A stretch of 64,000 nucleotides of DNA from Paecilomyces variotii. Its lineage: Eukaryota. The DNA lies in NCBI GenBank assembly GCA_004022145.1, contig RCNU01000004.1; one strand, written 5' to 3'. The notes beneath the pieces are model-generated. The model made no database searches and had not been told where the DNA came from. It saw nothing but the letters and a program-made list of their open reading frames with translations. The position numbers and the translations under genes are program-made. Shown here in pieces: positions 1 through 12,339 of the stretch (position 1 is its first letter; every line of letters begins with the position of its first letter).

Positions 1-1329
1 CATCCATATACAGTGCAATTCCCCCCGGTCTCTCGCCCTTCCTCGTGGATCCGAGAGTCTTATCAAACCCTGCTATAGCACACGTAAACGTCTCCTGATA
101 AGCTTAGAATCACCCCAAAAGTAATAATATACACGGGACTTGGCAAGAACGACGCCACATTAACTCGCAGTCTTTTTTTCCTTCCTTTTCCATCACGAGA
201 GGTCAACGCCGCTCATAGAATAGAACAGCGCCTAGGTGTGCGCCTCAAAAATGTTATGACGGCTTATCTTTTCTTAAGTACCACGTAGATTGCAGTAAGT
301 AAGTACTCCCGAGACAAAACGACGGCGGTTAGTTATCATTTGCCGAGCCGCTCCTTTCGAGTTAGGGCAAAGGGAGAAGAAGCGTATGACTCGGCGAGGA
401 TCTTCGGGCAAGTCTACCCAGGTAGTCTACTTACTCCGTAGTTGAAACGGAAATGGATGAAACTTGGCCCATATGCCTAGAAAGAATTAGCGTACTCGTC
501 ACGAATATACTGTTAGTACATACTACATCGTAATCACAATAGGAAGGGCATTGCAGTTCAAGTAATAATCGAGATAAAGAGGTGTTTTTGTGTTCACACT
601 TCATAACTTCTATGCTTTCCGTCAGTGGCTTTCCAATGTCCGCTTTTGTTCATTCTGATATCTTAGGCTTTGCAGATACACCCGGAGAAACTACTAAGAT
701 AGTATCTAGCGCATAGGACAACACGCTACCGTATCCCCAAGGAAAAGTCCTACTGTACCAGTATGTCCGTGGTGAGCGCCACGCCGAGTACGAACGTCCC
801 GATAAGATTTCGCATCCAAGATATGATCGAAATGCGGAGCGATATGATATCAGATAAGGTCCGGGCTATCTAACTCCTTCAAGGTCCTGATTGTGTACGT
901 AAAGTGGGCGATACGACAGGCGAGGATCAGACCAAAACAAGGGAGAGATAATGAGGGGAAGGTAACGAGTTTAAGTCCCATTAGAGAGAAAAAGAAACCC
1001 ATCTTCACTTGCGTCTATCGACTATTCATAACAGCATCATAGATCACATGATATTTTTTGTGTGACCCACGGGGTACACTGCACCATCCCATCAATATAT
1101 TTTGGGAGTCGGGGTCTTCCCGACGGAAAATAAACTCTCGAAGGCAATAAAAGGCAGCTTCAAGATGGGTAAAAGGAAAAATCAGGTCGAACAGAAAAGA
1201 AAAGGTGGACCGCCTGAACGCCAGCCCTATGCCACACTACTGGTCCCATCGATCAAGAAGCCTGCAATTCGTGGTTTGTTGATTAAGAAGAAACAGAGTC
1301 GAAAGAGACGGCCCTGCCACAGATCATGT

Positions 1330-2803
1330 TTATTTGGCAACAGCCGCACTAGAACCATATGTTAGCTATACAGTCTTCGTTTGGAGGAGTTTCCTGGACG
1401 ATACGAACCTCAAGACTTGCGTTCTGAAGAACGCACCCTTGGTCTTCTCGATGACCTGCTGGTACACCGACTGAGGAGGGTGGTTCATGAGGACAGTGCC
1501 CTCCTTGTAGTCAATCTTGGCATCGACACGGGTGTCGCGGATCAGGTTGACAATCCACTTCTCACCCTCATCCTGGTTCAGACCCAGACGGGTGGAAAGG
1601 TCCCTGAATAACCATGTTAGCACTCTTGTCGGACGGTGACTGCACGCGTGTTACATACTTGATATCGATCCGCTGGTGGATCTTGCAGTAGCTCTCAGAG
1701 ATGAGATGTCTGGCGGCCTCCACGAAGGCATCAGCGGCGGCCACGAGGAAGAAGTCGCTCCGCAGCACCTCCTCGGCTTCACCAAGTTTCTTCTGGGCCT
1801 CCTCGAAGTCAAAGTCGACGTAGAGGGCCTTGACGAAGTCCGTGATCGGATCAGAATACTCGTAGTCCTCTTGTCGCACTACTCGGATCAAATCCTTCAG
1901 CTGCTTCTGGTAAGCGTTGGTGTTCTTGTGTCCCCGGTTGCGGTTGGTAATGACAGCGGCAGCCAGATATCGAAGGATCCAGGGGCAGTTGGTCTGGATG
2001 GTGTTGATGTAGGCGGGGGAGAAGAAGAGGTCGGTAAGGACATCGCGGGCGGGTTCATGGTTGAAGAACGGGAAGAGGGACCAGTGGATCAGCCACGATC
2101 GGTGCTGGAGCTGACCCAGAGGGTTGTTGAAAAGCCGAGTCTCAATCGACTCCTTCACCTTCTGTACCTCCTCCATGGCACCCTCCCAGCTAGTGGTGAG
2201 GATCTCAGAGGCCAGCTTACCCCACGTGGCGGAAGTGACCTTGTCGTTATCCGTGGACAGGACACGGAACTGGTAGAGCAGCTCTGCGGCATTGCCATAA
2301 CTACCACAGCTGTATTGGAACCGGCCGTAGTCGTACAGGACGTTGACCATGTCAACGGTGACACCGTGCTGCTCCTCCAGGTACTTCAAGTTGGCAACCT
2401 TGTCGCTGCGTAGGTTACCGACAACAGCATCATCCTGCAGCAGCTCCGTGATCTTGCTGCTATCCTCCTGGTACTGCTGCAACTTCGCCAGCACTTCCTC
2501 CCTCTTCTTCACAAATTCCTCGGGGACCTTGTCAGAGTCGTTGATTTCCTGCCAGAGGTTCGCGACGTAGTCGGTCATGTTGGTGTGCTTGAGAAGCTCA
2601 TACTTGGCGCGGGTGATCTCGCGGTTCTCATCCTCCTGACCGGAGATGAATTCCAACAGCGGGAAAACGAGGTGACGGTCGAGGTAGGGGATCAACTTGG
2701 GCAGCAGGTCGTATTCCTTTGCGATTTCCTCTGCGGTCTTGGGAGGCTGGGCAGCGGCGCCCTTGAGCAGGGTCTCTGCGGACGGGGGAGCGTTGTCTGC
2801 CAT
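1330..2803 (-). CDS. int6: Eukaryotic translation initiation factor 3 subunit E (PCI domain)
   Basis: Motifs [12 protein letters not shown] and [22 protein letters not shown]. Introns 1604-1658 (GTATGT..CAG) and 1349-1408 (GTTCGT..TAG) restore ...[11 protein letters not shown]...RTQVLSAAVAK*. Confidence 0.96.
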
Positions 2804-3157
2804 GGTGAACGATGGCAGCGGTGCAGAGAGCGACAGCGAGGGGGTTGGGGAGGGGAAGGGAAGATAGAAGGCAGAGAGCGTCTGGATCTTCTTCCTTTGG
2901 ATGAATGTGCGACTTCTTTTGGCGGGCGAAAATGTGAGTGGGAGGGCCGGAGCACGCTAGGCCGAGAGTAGTCTAGACCGACGGCCGCCGGTCGAGGACG
3001 TCAAAACTGCTTGAACGCAAGAAAGTATCGAAGATAGCCAGAGATCCCATTGTTCTCTCCCCAGACCTCCACGCTTTCTCGACCCCGTCTGCTTGGGTGC
3101 CGTTGTTTGCAGTCAGCGAGGTGTCAGGTTGCTCGTCCGGTCCTTCTCCTGCCCGTC

Positions 3158-3989
3158 ATGGCGTCTCTGCTGCCATCTTCCTCGCTATCCTCGGCTGTCC
3201 GAAAGCAGTCGTCGTCTCTGTCGCTGAATCTCACATCGACCCAGACCACGCTGTCAACTAGACGCTTCAGCACAATCCCAGTGACATTCTCATACGGAGG
3301 ACAGAGTCAATTGCGTATGGCTTCCATATTCCCCGTGACGCGGCTTCCTACCGCATCGTATGATAGCCGGGAAAAAAAAATTGCTAACATGTCGCAGGAA
3401 ACCTTCTACAATCTCCCTCCAGACCTTCTTTCTCCCACACTGTGCTTCCTATTCAGCAGTCGCGAACCTTCCTGGCAAAGCTCACTCGTCGATCTCCGGC
3501 TACCGCAGAGAGACATTCGAATCCCGCCCCCACGACTCCGCAGACGCAAGCACAAGCTCCACCTCTGCAGCTAACCAACCTGCCTTATTTCGTTCGTCGT
3601 ACTCCCTCCAACCAGTTACCCGTCTATCTCGTTACCAAAGCTGGCGGTACCAAGCAGCAAACCAAGATTCAGAAGACAGAGGGCGACCTGGAGGCCCTCC
3701 GGAGTGACCTGGCACGTGCCCTGGGTTTGGAGTCGGGAGATTCGCGCAACAAGAGCCCAGATGTAACGATCAACAGGCTCAATGGGCATATCATTGTCAA
3801 GGTATGCATAGTCTGCACTCTCTTTTTATTTCCATTTATTTCTTTTCCTCTGGGGTCCAGAGCTCCCTCTCTGGATAGAAGAGAGCAAAAATTCCTCATC
3901 ACCGTAACACGTCGGCTAACCGATAATCAAATACATAGGGCTGGCGTAAACCCGAGATTCAGAAATTCCTTCTGGAACGCAACTTCTAA
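3158..3989 (+). CDS. img2: Mitochondrial large ribosomal subunit protein L49 (Img2 family)
   Basis: PYFVRRTPSNQLPVY...TKIQKTEGD...INRLNGHIIVK|GWRKPEIQKFLLERNF*. Introns 3315-3397 and 3802-3938. Ser/Arg-rich presequence-like N-terminus. Confidence 0.88.
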
Positions 3990-5428
3990 AAAGTTCCTCT
4001 CACTTTGAAATTCAATCAACTCCATATCGACGACCCGGACATACAGCATGACCTACACATCCTTGCGATGACGAATCACATATCATCTTGAAAAAAGAGC
4101 GGTTCACAGTAGCAATTTCGAGAGGGGTTTAAAGAGCCGTGAGAAGAGAGACGGAAAGTCAGAGAGAAATATCGAGTACAGTGAGCGTGGATTCTATTTT
4201 TTCGTTTTTTCTTTTATTTCCCTACTCCATTGGGTTCTGCAGTTGCGTTCTCGGCTTTGTCGATTTTACCGGTGTATGTTTCCTTTTAAACCTTGGCGGT
4301 CTGGGTCTTACGCTCATCTTGTCTCCCTATTTCTTCACGCTTCACGTATCTCCATGTATCATTTCTATCTGTACATCTCCAATGATCTCCTCAAATATGT
4401 CTGTTTGCAGGCTTTTAATCGAGCGTGAAAAAAAATGGACATGCGAATTTTCTGTTATTTGGGGGATGTTATTGAGCCGGGTAAACTTAACGCAGAAAAT
4501 ATATGCGTCTCCTCTTATTCTCACTTTTCTTTTTTTTATTTTCTTTTTCATATTCTGAATCTCATAGTAAGTTAGTCGACTGTACGGACTAGGGGTTAAA
4601 TGAACGGAAATGGAAATCTCTCTACTCGGTAACTGTTTACAACTTACTGTATAATTGATTCTCTGTCTGAGTCTTATAGATGAAACTGTATATGTGAGCA
4701 GTAGATATGCTGAGTACAATATCAGGGACGTTCAGGTCGTTCGGTCTATATCAATATCTCGACTTTACCACTCTCTTATAGGCGTCCGGTTTTCTGCCAG
4801 CTCCAGAGATCACGCAACTTCGAAATGTCACTACGGCTTACTGTGGTTCGAGCATCAGGGTAGCGTCCGTCCCCATTCCCATCTCTCTAACTCTGGGAGA
4901 GATAACCGTTACGTTAATGCAGGATTGAGAACTGTAAAATAATCCGTGTAGAATAGTTTATACCCGCTTCGTTTCTAAATTACCTAGAGAGAGAGCGGAT
5001 GTCTGTTATCGGTATGATACTTTCATGAATTCGCCGTATCCGACCGTTCCTTTCCCAAAAATTTCGCTTTTCCCACTTCGCAGATGAATAACAAACGGCT
5101 CAACACACAATTGAGAGAGATACTATTATCTCGAAAAGCAAATAATGTGCTAGCCATCAATCACAACCCAAAAAAACGTATCATGCACACTCGCTCAAAA
5201 AGGGATTTCGGCACTGTACACTGTCAAACAAAACGGTATAGTATGTCATTGTAGCAGTAGTTGTTTCCTCGCCTGCGCCAAGAATAAAACACCTTCAGAG
5301 GAAAGAAGACATCAGTAGAAGAGAAAAAATATTGGAAATCCGAATGCAGTCAACTAATCCGGAAAGGCCCGAATTTATTTTAACAGAGCACAGAAGGAAA
5401 AGCAGGAACAGCTTTGCGGATAGTATCG

Positions 5429-8380
5429 TCAAACACCCAATCCAGCATAAGTGATCAATTGTCGAACCACCGCTGGATCTAGGTTTGGCGTCAGCAAGGC
5501 ACCAAGCAGGCTTTCTTTCTTCGGAAGAACACCTGAAGGAACACTCAAGGTGGCAGCACCGTCCACGCGTTTTGACTTTTCCGCTAATCGACGCAGAATC
5601 GCCAACCCTCGGTGGATTATGGAGCTATATGCATGCGCATCTGCGTCCGCCTGCCCTCTTGCTGCCTGACTTTGACGCTGGTTGACCGGGGGCACTCGTT
5701 CTGTGCTTAGCAGGCAGGAAAGTCTGAGGAGATGCACTGCGAAACCATCCGTAGATTTCAGCCATGCCTTCGCTAGGGAACCAGTAGCAAAGCCGGATAG
5801 GACATCGGCTGCCAATAAGCCCTGCATTAGGAATATTTTCCGGGCATCTGCAATAGCAAGAGGTTTCCGTGGCTGATCCGGGATGGGGGAGATCGCCAAG
5901 CCGAAGGCACGGGTAAGTAACTCGTCCTGAGGCGCTGCGGACCCTTCACCAGCAAATATAGCCCTGTAATACATTCGGTTTGGTTCATCTCTAGCTAGCA
6001 ATTTGGCCAAGCTATCGATTGCAGCAGGTGTATATCTGTGGACAGCCGGATTGTAAGGCGCAAACATGATGCCCTTGGGTCCAAGACTAGGCGCAGGAGT
6101 CGGCACAAAGGACAAGAGGAAATGTAGAAGACACAAAGCTTCCTCCTTCCCAGGAAGGTGAATCGTGTGCGCCAAGTTACTGAGGTATGTCACCGCGTCC
6201 TTCATGAAATCCAGGGTATTCTGATGTGTCCGCAAAAGCATACTCCTTGTCCCCAGATACCGAATTATAGTAGAGAAGAACTTGACGACAGGCGCCGTTC
6301 CTAATATTCCAAAATTCGACTCCGTGAATGAGAAGTTGCGAAGAATAGTGGTGATACAGATAATCCTGTCGACGGCGCGATCGAGCTCATACTCGAGACT
6401 ACCGAACTCTGGGACGTCGACAAGCGACGATATCTCCAGGCGGCAGCCGCGCACGACCTCCTCATACGAAGGGAGAAGCATGACATCCGACACCTCGATC
6501 GTATTCTCAGCAAGCAGTTCCGCTTGCTCTTCCGCGCATTCCACCAAAGTCTCGACCAGATCGTCACAGTTATCCAGGGACAGCTGAATGGCTGGCTCAC
6601 ATGAGATGGTGGTCAGTGTGTCCAAGGCCATCCGCATCTCAGCATGCAAGCCGGACTTGATACTCATCGTCAAGGCATGAATATCAATAACGCCTAGCTC
6701 CGCAAAACTAGGGACGTTTGGCTTGAGCCTCGTTATATCCTCCGCTAGTGAGTATACTTCGTCGACCACTACCGGGCCATGAAGTTTGTGTTCAGACAAG
6801 ACCTTCGGTTTGAACGGATCTTCAATAGGATGCTGGAAGGGTACATGCGCTGATGGTTCAGGACCTCCAGGAGGCTTCCCAGCCACTGCGGCGGATGAAG
6901 CCTTCCCGGGTTGAGCGGGTGACGGAACGGGGAACTGCCCAGAAGGGTCTTGCGGTGTCCCTGGAGGTTGTGAGGTACGCGAGAGACTTGGTCGGTGCTG
7001 TGGTGGCTGCTGCTTGGACTGGGCCTTAACTTGCGGGGTCATGAATCCGTTCGCTGCGTTCTGTTGCAGGTTGCTCTGGACCAAAATGCCAGTTTGGGGA
7101 GATTGGGAAAACTGTTGCGAGGCTTCAAATCCTTGACCAGGCTTTGCAGGAGATGGTTGTTGAAAGGGCATCCCAGTGGGATCACTAGGTTGCCTCTGTG
7201 GAGTATGTTGCTGCATTTGTTCTGCAAACTGTTTCTGCTGAGAGCTTAGGAAGGCCTGTTCATATGGCGCAAGATTCCTCAGATAGTGGTCACGGATCTC
7301 CTGTGCGGCCATGGGATACTGCATCTGAGGGAATTGTAGTTGCTGAGCAATAGCAGGCCACATATTTGCAGCCGTGATCTTCTTTGATCCGCCCATCTTG
7401 ATAACGGTCGCATAAAGCTGCACTAGATTGAGCGGCCGCCCACTGACGATCGGGTTTGGGTCTAGAGGAAGGTTGCGAGACAGCATGAACTTCTGAAGAG
7501 ATCTCATGAAGCCTTCTGGGTTCGCAGGTTTAGTCATATTCTGCTGCATTTGCCTTATGGCCGCCATCTGGGGATTAACCATAGGATTCATCCCGCTGCT
7601 ACCGGGCCGACCGGCCATGGCAGGGTTGTTAGCATGCATCTGACGGGCTTGATTGTGAAGCTGCATCTGGTACAATCGCTGCTGTTGCGCCGCCAAGGCT
7701 TGAGCAGGATATGCTTGCGGCATGTTATTGAACTGCGCTTGCATGGATGCCTGGACAGCAGCGGATGTCATAGCCGGCGCTGGCGAGAACTGAGGCGGCA
7801 TCCCCTGAGGGAAAGGTTGTCCTGGCATGAAAGTATTGTTTTGAGGCGTGTTTACTCGGCTACCATGTTCAGACTGCGTCGGTGACATCTGAGATCCCAC
7901 ATGGTGACCAGCAGGAGAGAACGGGCTGGGAGACGCAGTCTGCATCCTCTGGACCCCATGCTGGTCAAAGTCTTGCATGATCGGAGACCGTGTCGCATTG
8001 GCTGAGCCCGCTTGTTGGAGATGTTGATAGGGCGTTGGTGGTTGAGCGAACTGCGGAGCACCGTTGGAAGGGCCCTGGAAGCCAGGGAACGGGACCTGAT
8101 GGGGCGTCTGCGACCGTGTCGCTGGCAAGCCACCAGCTGCCTGGCGAGGCGACATAGACATTCCATCTTCTGGTCGTGGCCGCTTCGAGGGGATCACTTG
8201 GTTTGGGTTGAATCCGGGCGAGACGTTTCGCGGGACGCCATTGAACATGCGCTGGAATTGGTTCGGGTCCTGGGGAGTCGGAGAAGGATGGAGGAAGGCC
8301 ATCGAAGGATCGATGGTCGGGTTAAAGGCACCATTATCATGGTTTGGGATGTTCGAGGCGTCAGCAAGCCAGGCATTCAT
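5429..8380 (-). CDS. swi1: ARID/BRIGHT-domain SWI/SNF chromatin-remodelling subunit (Swi1/Sol1)
   Basis: Q/P/M-rich N-terminus, ARID core (GRPLNLVQLYATVIKMGGSKKITAANMWPAIAQQL) and BAF250-type C-terminal region (ICITTILRNFSF). First in-frame ATG at 8380. Probable 5'UTR intron 8404-8731. Confidence 0.9.
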   Translation of the reverse strand: MNAWLADASNIPNHDNGAFNPTIDPSMAFLHPSPTPQDPNQFQRMFNGVPRNVSPGFNPNQVIPSKRPRPEDGMSMSPRQAAGGLPATRSQTPHQVPFPGFQGPSNGAPQFAQPPTPYQHLQQAGSANATRSPIMQDFDQHGVQRMQTASPSPFSPAGHHVGSQMSPTQSEHGSRVNTPQNNTFMPGQPFPQGMPPQFSPAPAMTSAAVQASMQAQFNNMPQAYPAQALAAQQQRLYQMQLHNQARQMHANNPAMAGRPGSSGMNPMVNPQMAAIRQMQQNMTKPANPEGFMRSLQKFMLSRNLPLDPNPIVSGRPLNLVQLYATVIKMGGSKKITAANMWPAIAQQLQFPQMQYPMAAQEIRDHYLRNLAPYEQAFLSSQQKQFAEQMQQHTPQRQPSDPTGMPFQQPSPAKPGQGFEASQQFSQSPQTGILVQSNLQQNAANGFMTPQVKAQSKQQPPQHRPSLSRTSQPPGTPQDPSGQFPVPSPAQPGKASSAAVAGKPPGGPEPSAHVPFQHPIEDPFKPKVLSEHKLHGPVVVDEVYSLAEDITRLKPNVPSFAELGVIDIHALTMSIKSGLHAEMRMALDTLTTISCEPAIQLSLDNCDDLVETLVECAEEQAELLAENTIEVSDVMLLPSYEEVVRGCRLEISSLVDVPEFGSLEYELDRAVDRIICITTILRNFSFTESNFGILGTAPVVKFFSTIIRYLGTRSMLLRTHQNTLDFMKDAVTYLSNLAHTIHLPGKEEALCLLHFLLSFVPTPAPSLGPKGIMFAPYNPAVHRYTPAAIDSLAKLLARDEPNRMYYRAIFAGEGSAAPQDELLTRAFGLAISPIPDQPRKPLAIADARKIFLMQGLLAADVLSGFATGSLAKAWLKSTDGFAVHLLRLSCLLSTERVPPVNQRQSQAARGQADADAHAYSSIIHRGLAILRRLAEKSKRVDGAATLSVPSGVLPKKESLLGALLTPNLDPAVVRQLITYAGLGV

Positions 8381-11300
8381 GTCGTATAGCTCGACCAACC
8401 CATCTATGGAGCGAAGATATGGATCAGCAAGTAATCAGAGACGCGACCGTGCATGAAGGGATCATCAAGAAGCCACGCGACAGCATCGTCACCATCTCAC
8501 TCCGTGCTTCCCCCGACAGGTCTCGAGCGACAGGTTACTACCAAGACGATCCAGACGCGTTGGGATGCGCAACGGGGCCGGCAGGCGAGGGCGCGACGAC
8601 AACGCGCGAAACGCCAGCTGCGGGCCACCAGCACCACTAGAAAGGCCAAGCCACTCAGAGGGACCGGAGAGAGATGGGACGAAAGGCGACGACAGATGCA
8701 AGGATCGGAAAACAACAAGATAAGCACATACCGACAAGGTTGGTTGACTGGGCGGCCGAAATGCGAGCGGAGGAAGAGGTTGATGCCCGGTTCCGAAAAT
8801 AGCAGCGGTCAGAAGAGACTCAGTTGGCCGCGCGCGAGAAGGGCCGGGTCACGGGACCAGCGCCGGGCAGCAGCGAGCGCTGGCGGGATGCGAAGCAGGC
8901 CGACCGTGGTGAGAGAGCAGGACGGGGATGCGGTCGCTACAAGCTATCTATCTCATCAGCATCAAACCGATTTAGAGGATGATGAATCGGACTAATGATA
9001 ACGGGCCATGAGGAGCTGGAAGGGCCTCCGACGGGACGCAGCAAGTGCGCTGTCTGCGCCCGCGTGTCGTGCTGAGGAATGACAGATGGCGGCTAGTGCG
9101 TGGCCACTGGTCACGCAAAGACGACCTGGTGTACGAGACCCGGAGGCCGAGAGAAGGAGAGCAAAGACGAGCGAGATAAACGGCCAGGGGAGGCGTACCT
9201 TGACACGAAGACTGTGCACTCTGGGGAGTGGAGGCTTCGGGGGGCAGCAGGAATGGGACGGACAGCCGTGGACAGAAAGAAGGCGTGTTGGGCGGAATAG
9301 GGGGCCCAGTGATTCCGGGCAGCGCGAAAGCGATCAGAAAAGATTTAGTTAGATAGTTAGTTAGATCAGTGGCAGCGGAAATCCGTGGCGAGAACCAGCA
9401 GTGCTCAGCAGCAGCAGCGGGTTTTGGTTTCAGGCAGTAATACGTTCTTTTTGGTTTGGAGACGCTCAGAGAGAGGGACCGAAAAGAGGGGAGAGCCGGG
9501 GCGCTGCAGAGCGTCTCCTATCCGAGGCCTTCTTCAGTCAGAAAACTTTCCGCCGCCTTAGCCCGCATCCGTTTCGCTTCATCTCATCAAGCCATCAGCC
9601 ATCAGCACCTTGCTCTGCTCTACGCGACAACACAGTCCCTGCTATTCATCTATCAGTGCTGTCCAAAAGGACAATCCAAGATCATCATGGTCCTGGCGAT
9701 GTTTTTTTCCCACCATCCTTATCATCTGGCGCGGGATTTGATGGTCTGAGGCTTGGCTCTGGGCTATTTTGGAGTATAATGGACGGACTCCGATCCGTCC
9801 AACGGCTCCAGACCGTGTTTCGTCATGTCCTGTCACGGAGGCTGACTCTTTGTCCAGCAGAACTGTCTGTCCATCTGGCAATGTCTGTTGAGTAGTTAGG
9901 AGAGATTCCCAGTTGCTCTCCCGTTACTTCAGTGCTCTGCAGATATCCGCCGTGCAGTAAGATCCTCGTCGGCCGCTTCACTGCCAGGCAAGGCTGAAGT
10001 GCTCCCAGAAACGCTGCCCAGTCGGGTTAGTGTGTCCACATTATTGGTATCCCCGGCTTTCTTCTGCCCACGGCAGTTGATGCACGAAGCTGCCATATCT
10101 GAAGCCCCAAACTCCCAGGTAGAGAATGGGATCACATTCTGAGTAGGGGACACGGAGACCGAGGAGAGCAAGGAAAGAGGAGAGATCACGGATTTCAGGC
10201 TCTAGCTGAAAAAAAAAAGCGCACCAACTTCTCTTATATATGTCCTGTCCGTCCGATCCGTCCACCAATTCCCCCTCCGCGAGTCACCAGAGAACGAGAA
10301 CCGTCCAACGAGACGGATCTTTTTCCAACCCTTGCAAGCGTCCGCCTCGATGCGGATCATGGATGCTGTCTTTGTCCCTGTCCCACCTGCCACGTCCTGC
10401 CAAAGCTCCACCCCGGAGAGTGATTGGATCTTCCAAAGATTCCTTATTCTGTGGAGTCGGGCCCGAATCCAGCGGGAGACTTCACCACTCGACTCACTCG
10501 ATCAACTACACCGCGGTACAGGCACTCGTAGACTTTCATTCGAAACACGATTCGACATCGATGGCTGCAGTCGATGATGAAAATCTCCGTCAGCTACCTC
10601 TGGCCTAAAAGTCCTCGTATGAAAGTAACTCGCTCGCCTGATCAGCACTTATCTCAGACAGGGTTCGGAGGCGTAGGAACGGGACTAAGACTATTGGCGC
10701 ACCACAAATTTCCAGGGGAGCCCCTCTTGAACGACGAAACCAACAGTGCCGTTAAAGTATCACATCACTGTAATAACCGTAGGTAGTTTTTCTTTTTTCC
10801 TATCACTGTCTACCGAGTCTAGGATCGCCTGGTCCTGTCGACAGCGGAGATTTTGGAGTATAACTACCTAGCACGTCTGCGTTCCTTGGTTCCGAGATAA
10901 CTCTCGAAAGCACTGCGAGTAGGCGACACTGACCGATTTACTTCGTTCATGTGGAATCACCTTGAGAGGCAGATTGGCTGCGGTCGCACATTTCGTCATG
11001 AGCAGTTGCTCTACCTCGAGATATTCACAAACGTCCGATATGAGCTATATGCGGAGATGCTGTGTGGCCCGTATAACTAGCGTGAAGCGATTGCAGTTAT
11101 CATCGCTCTACTACTGAATATACTCCATAGTAACTGCAACCTTGGCGCGAATCACCACGCCTTTATCCCGTGCCTGGCAATTTGAGGCTCGACGTGATCT
11201 TCACGAAGGCGGGCTATTTAAAATGGACACGGAATGCAGCGAGCGCGTATCAAACCCTATTTCGATTGTGGACAGGGAGAGATCCTTGGGAATTATGTAC

Positions 11301-12142
11301 TCCGTACTCATAGTCAACGCACGCGACTCAAGATACAGTGCCCTATTTACATGTGCACTGCTAAAATTGGATGGTATTCCTCATCAGCGGTGTCGCCTAT
11401 GGCCAAATTCGGAAACCGATCTGACACTAACAGGTGACCAGAGGTGGAGTTTTCACCTCGTCCGAAACTCCTCGATAATACGTTGCTGTTTGGGTCAAGA
11501 CAGTCGTCGTAGCAGGGACTGTTTTTAGAAACCTCTGGTCTGTAGTCTGGATAGCCCTCTCAACTTGATCAATATTGCCGGTTATATCACTCCCGCTGCG
11601 CTTGACAGTCGTTCTTCGAGAGCATTCTTAGAAATAGTCATGTCGTGGACAACTTAATATATATGCTTCAGTCAATATATCTTATCCATGCATTATTGCG
11701 GTACTAACTATACTTAACTACTCTATCATGCTTCTAGCTGGCACAGGTCCCCTTGCGACTAATATATTCCCGCTCGCCAAGAACATCACTGGGTCAGCAT
11801 ATGGCAACAAGTAGGGTCCCATTCTTGATTGTCTTCGGTTTTACCATATCTAATAGGAATGAGATCATGTTTCGTCAAGCCTTTTCCTCTGAGCCTTTTC
11901 CTCTGACGAATATATATAGTCCGACACCGGCCTGATTGTCTATCTAGTACTAACTTTGATATATCTCCTTGAGCGCTCCTCTCATCTTTTGTTGATTTAC
12001 CCCAGAGTACAAGAAAGATGCGTAGGCACATTCGTGTTTCAGAAACTCCAGATCATCACAAAGATGTAGTCCAAATCAAGTGGAGGAAGCATCCAGAAAT
12101 AGCCCCAGCCTTGCTGTTGACAGGACCAACCAGTTGGCCACA

Positions 12143-12217
12143 TCACGTGATACACTTGGCGCGCAGCACCCGCTGAGCTGCATCATCAACGGATGGAGAG
12201 CTCCTAGCAAAAGCTCC
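12143..12217. promoter_or_regulatory. RPT3 promoter elements: TCACGTGA E-box and two AGCTCC (GGAGCT) hexamers
   Basis: TCACGTGA at 12143-12150; AGCTCC at 12199-12204 and 12212-12217. All lie within 200 nt of the ATG. Confidence 0.4.
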
Positions 12218-12339
12218 AGACCAACAAAGACCCGACACCCCTCTTCGCCTTCCCTTCCCTGATTGTTTAGAAAGTCGTCTTTTCCGTACTTCGACAACTC
12301 CCTTGTTTCCTGTATCGCTGAGGACACCAGCTGCCTACC

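Noticed and set aside
1676-2413. Long antisense ORFs (also 31601-32401, 13221-13778, 40052-40621 and others)
   Set aside because: Shadow ORFs on the opposite strand of codon-biased real genes.
8453-9352. Arg-rich plus-strand ORFs upstream of SWI1
   Set aside because: GC-rich leader/promoter sequence with no domain or coherent codon usage.
10020-10035. CTAACCC on the minus strand as a telomerase RNA template in the SWI1-RPT3 gap
   Set aside because: Only about one TTAGGG repeat, with no alignment region (about 1.5 repeats expected). No Sm site plus 5' splice-site end signature was found nearby.
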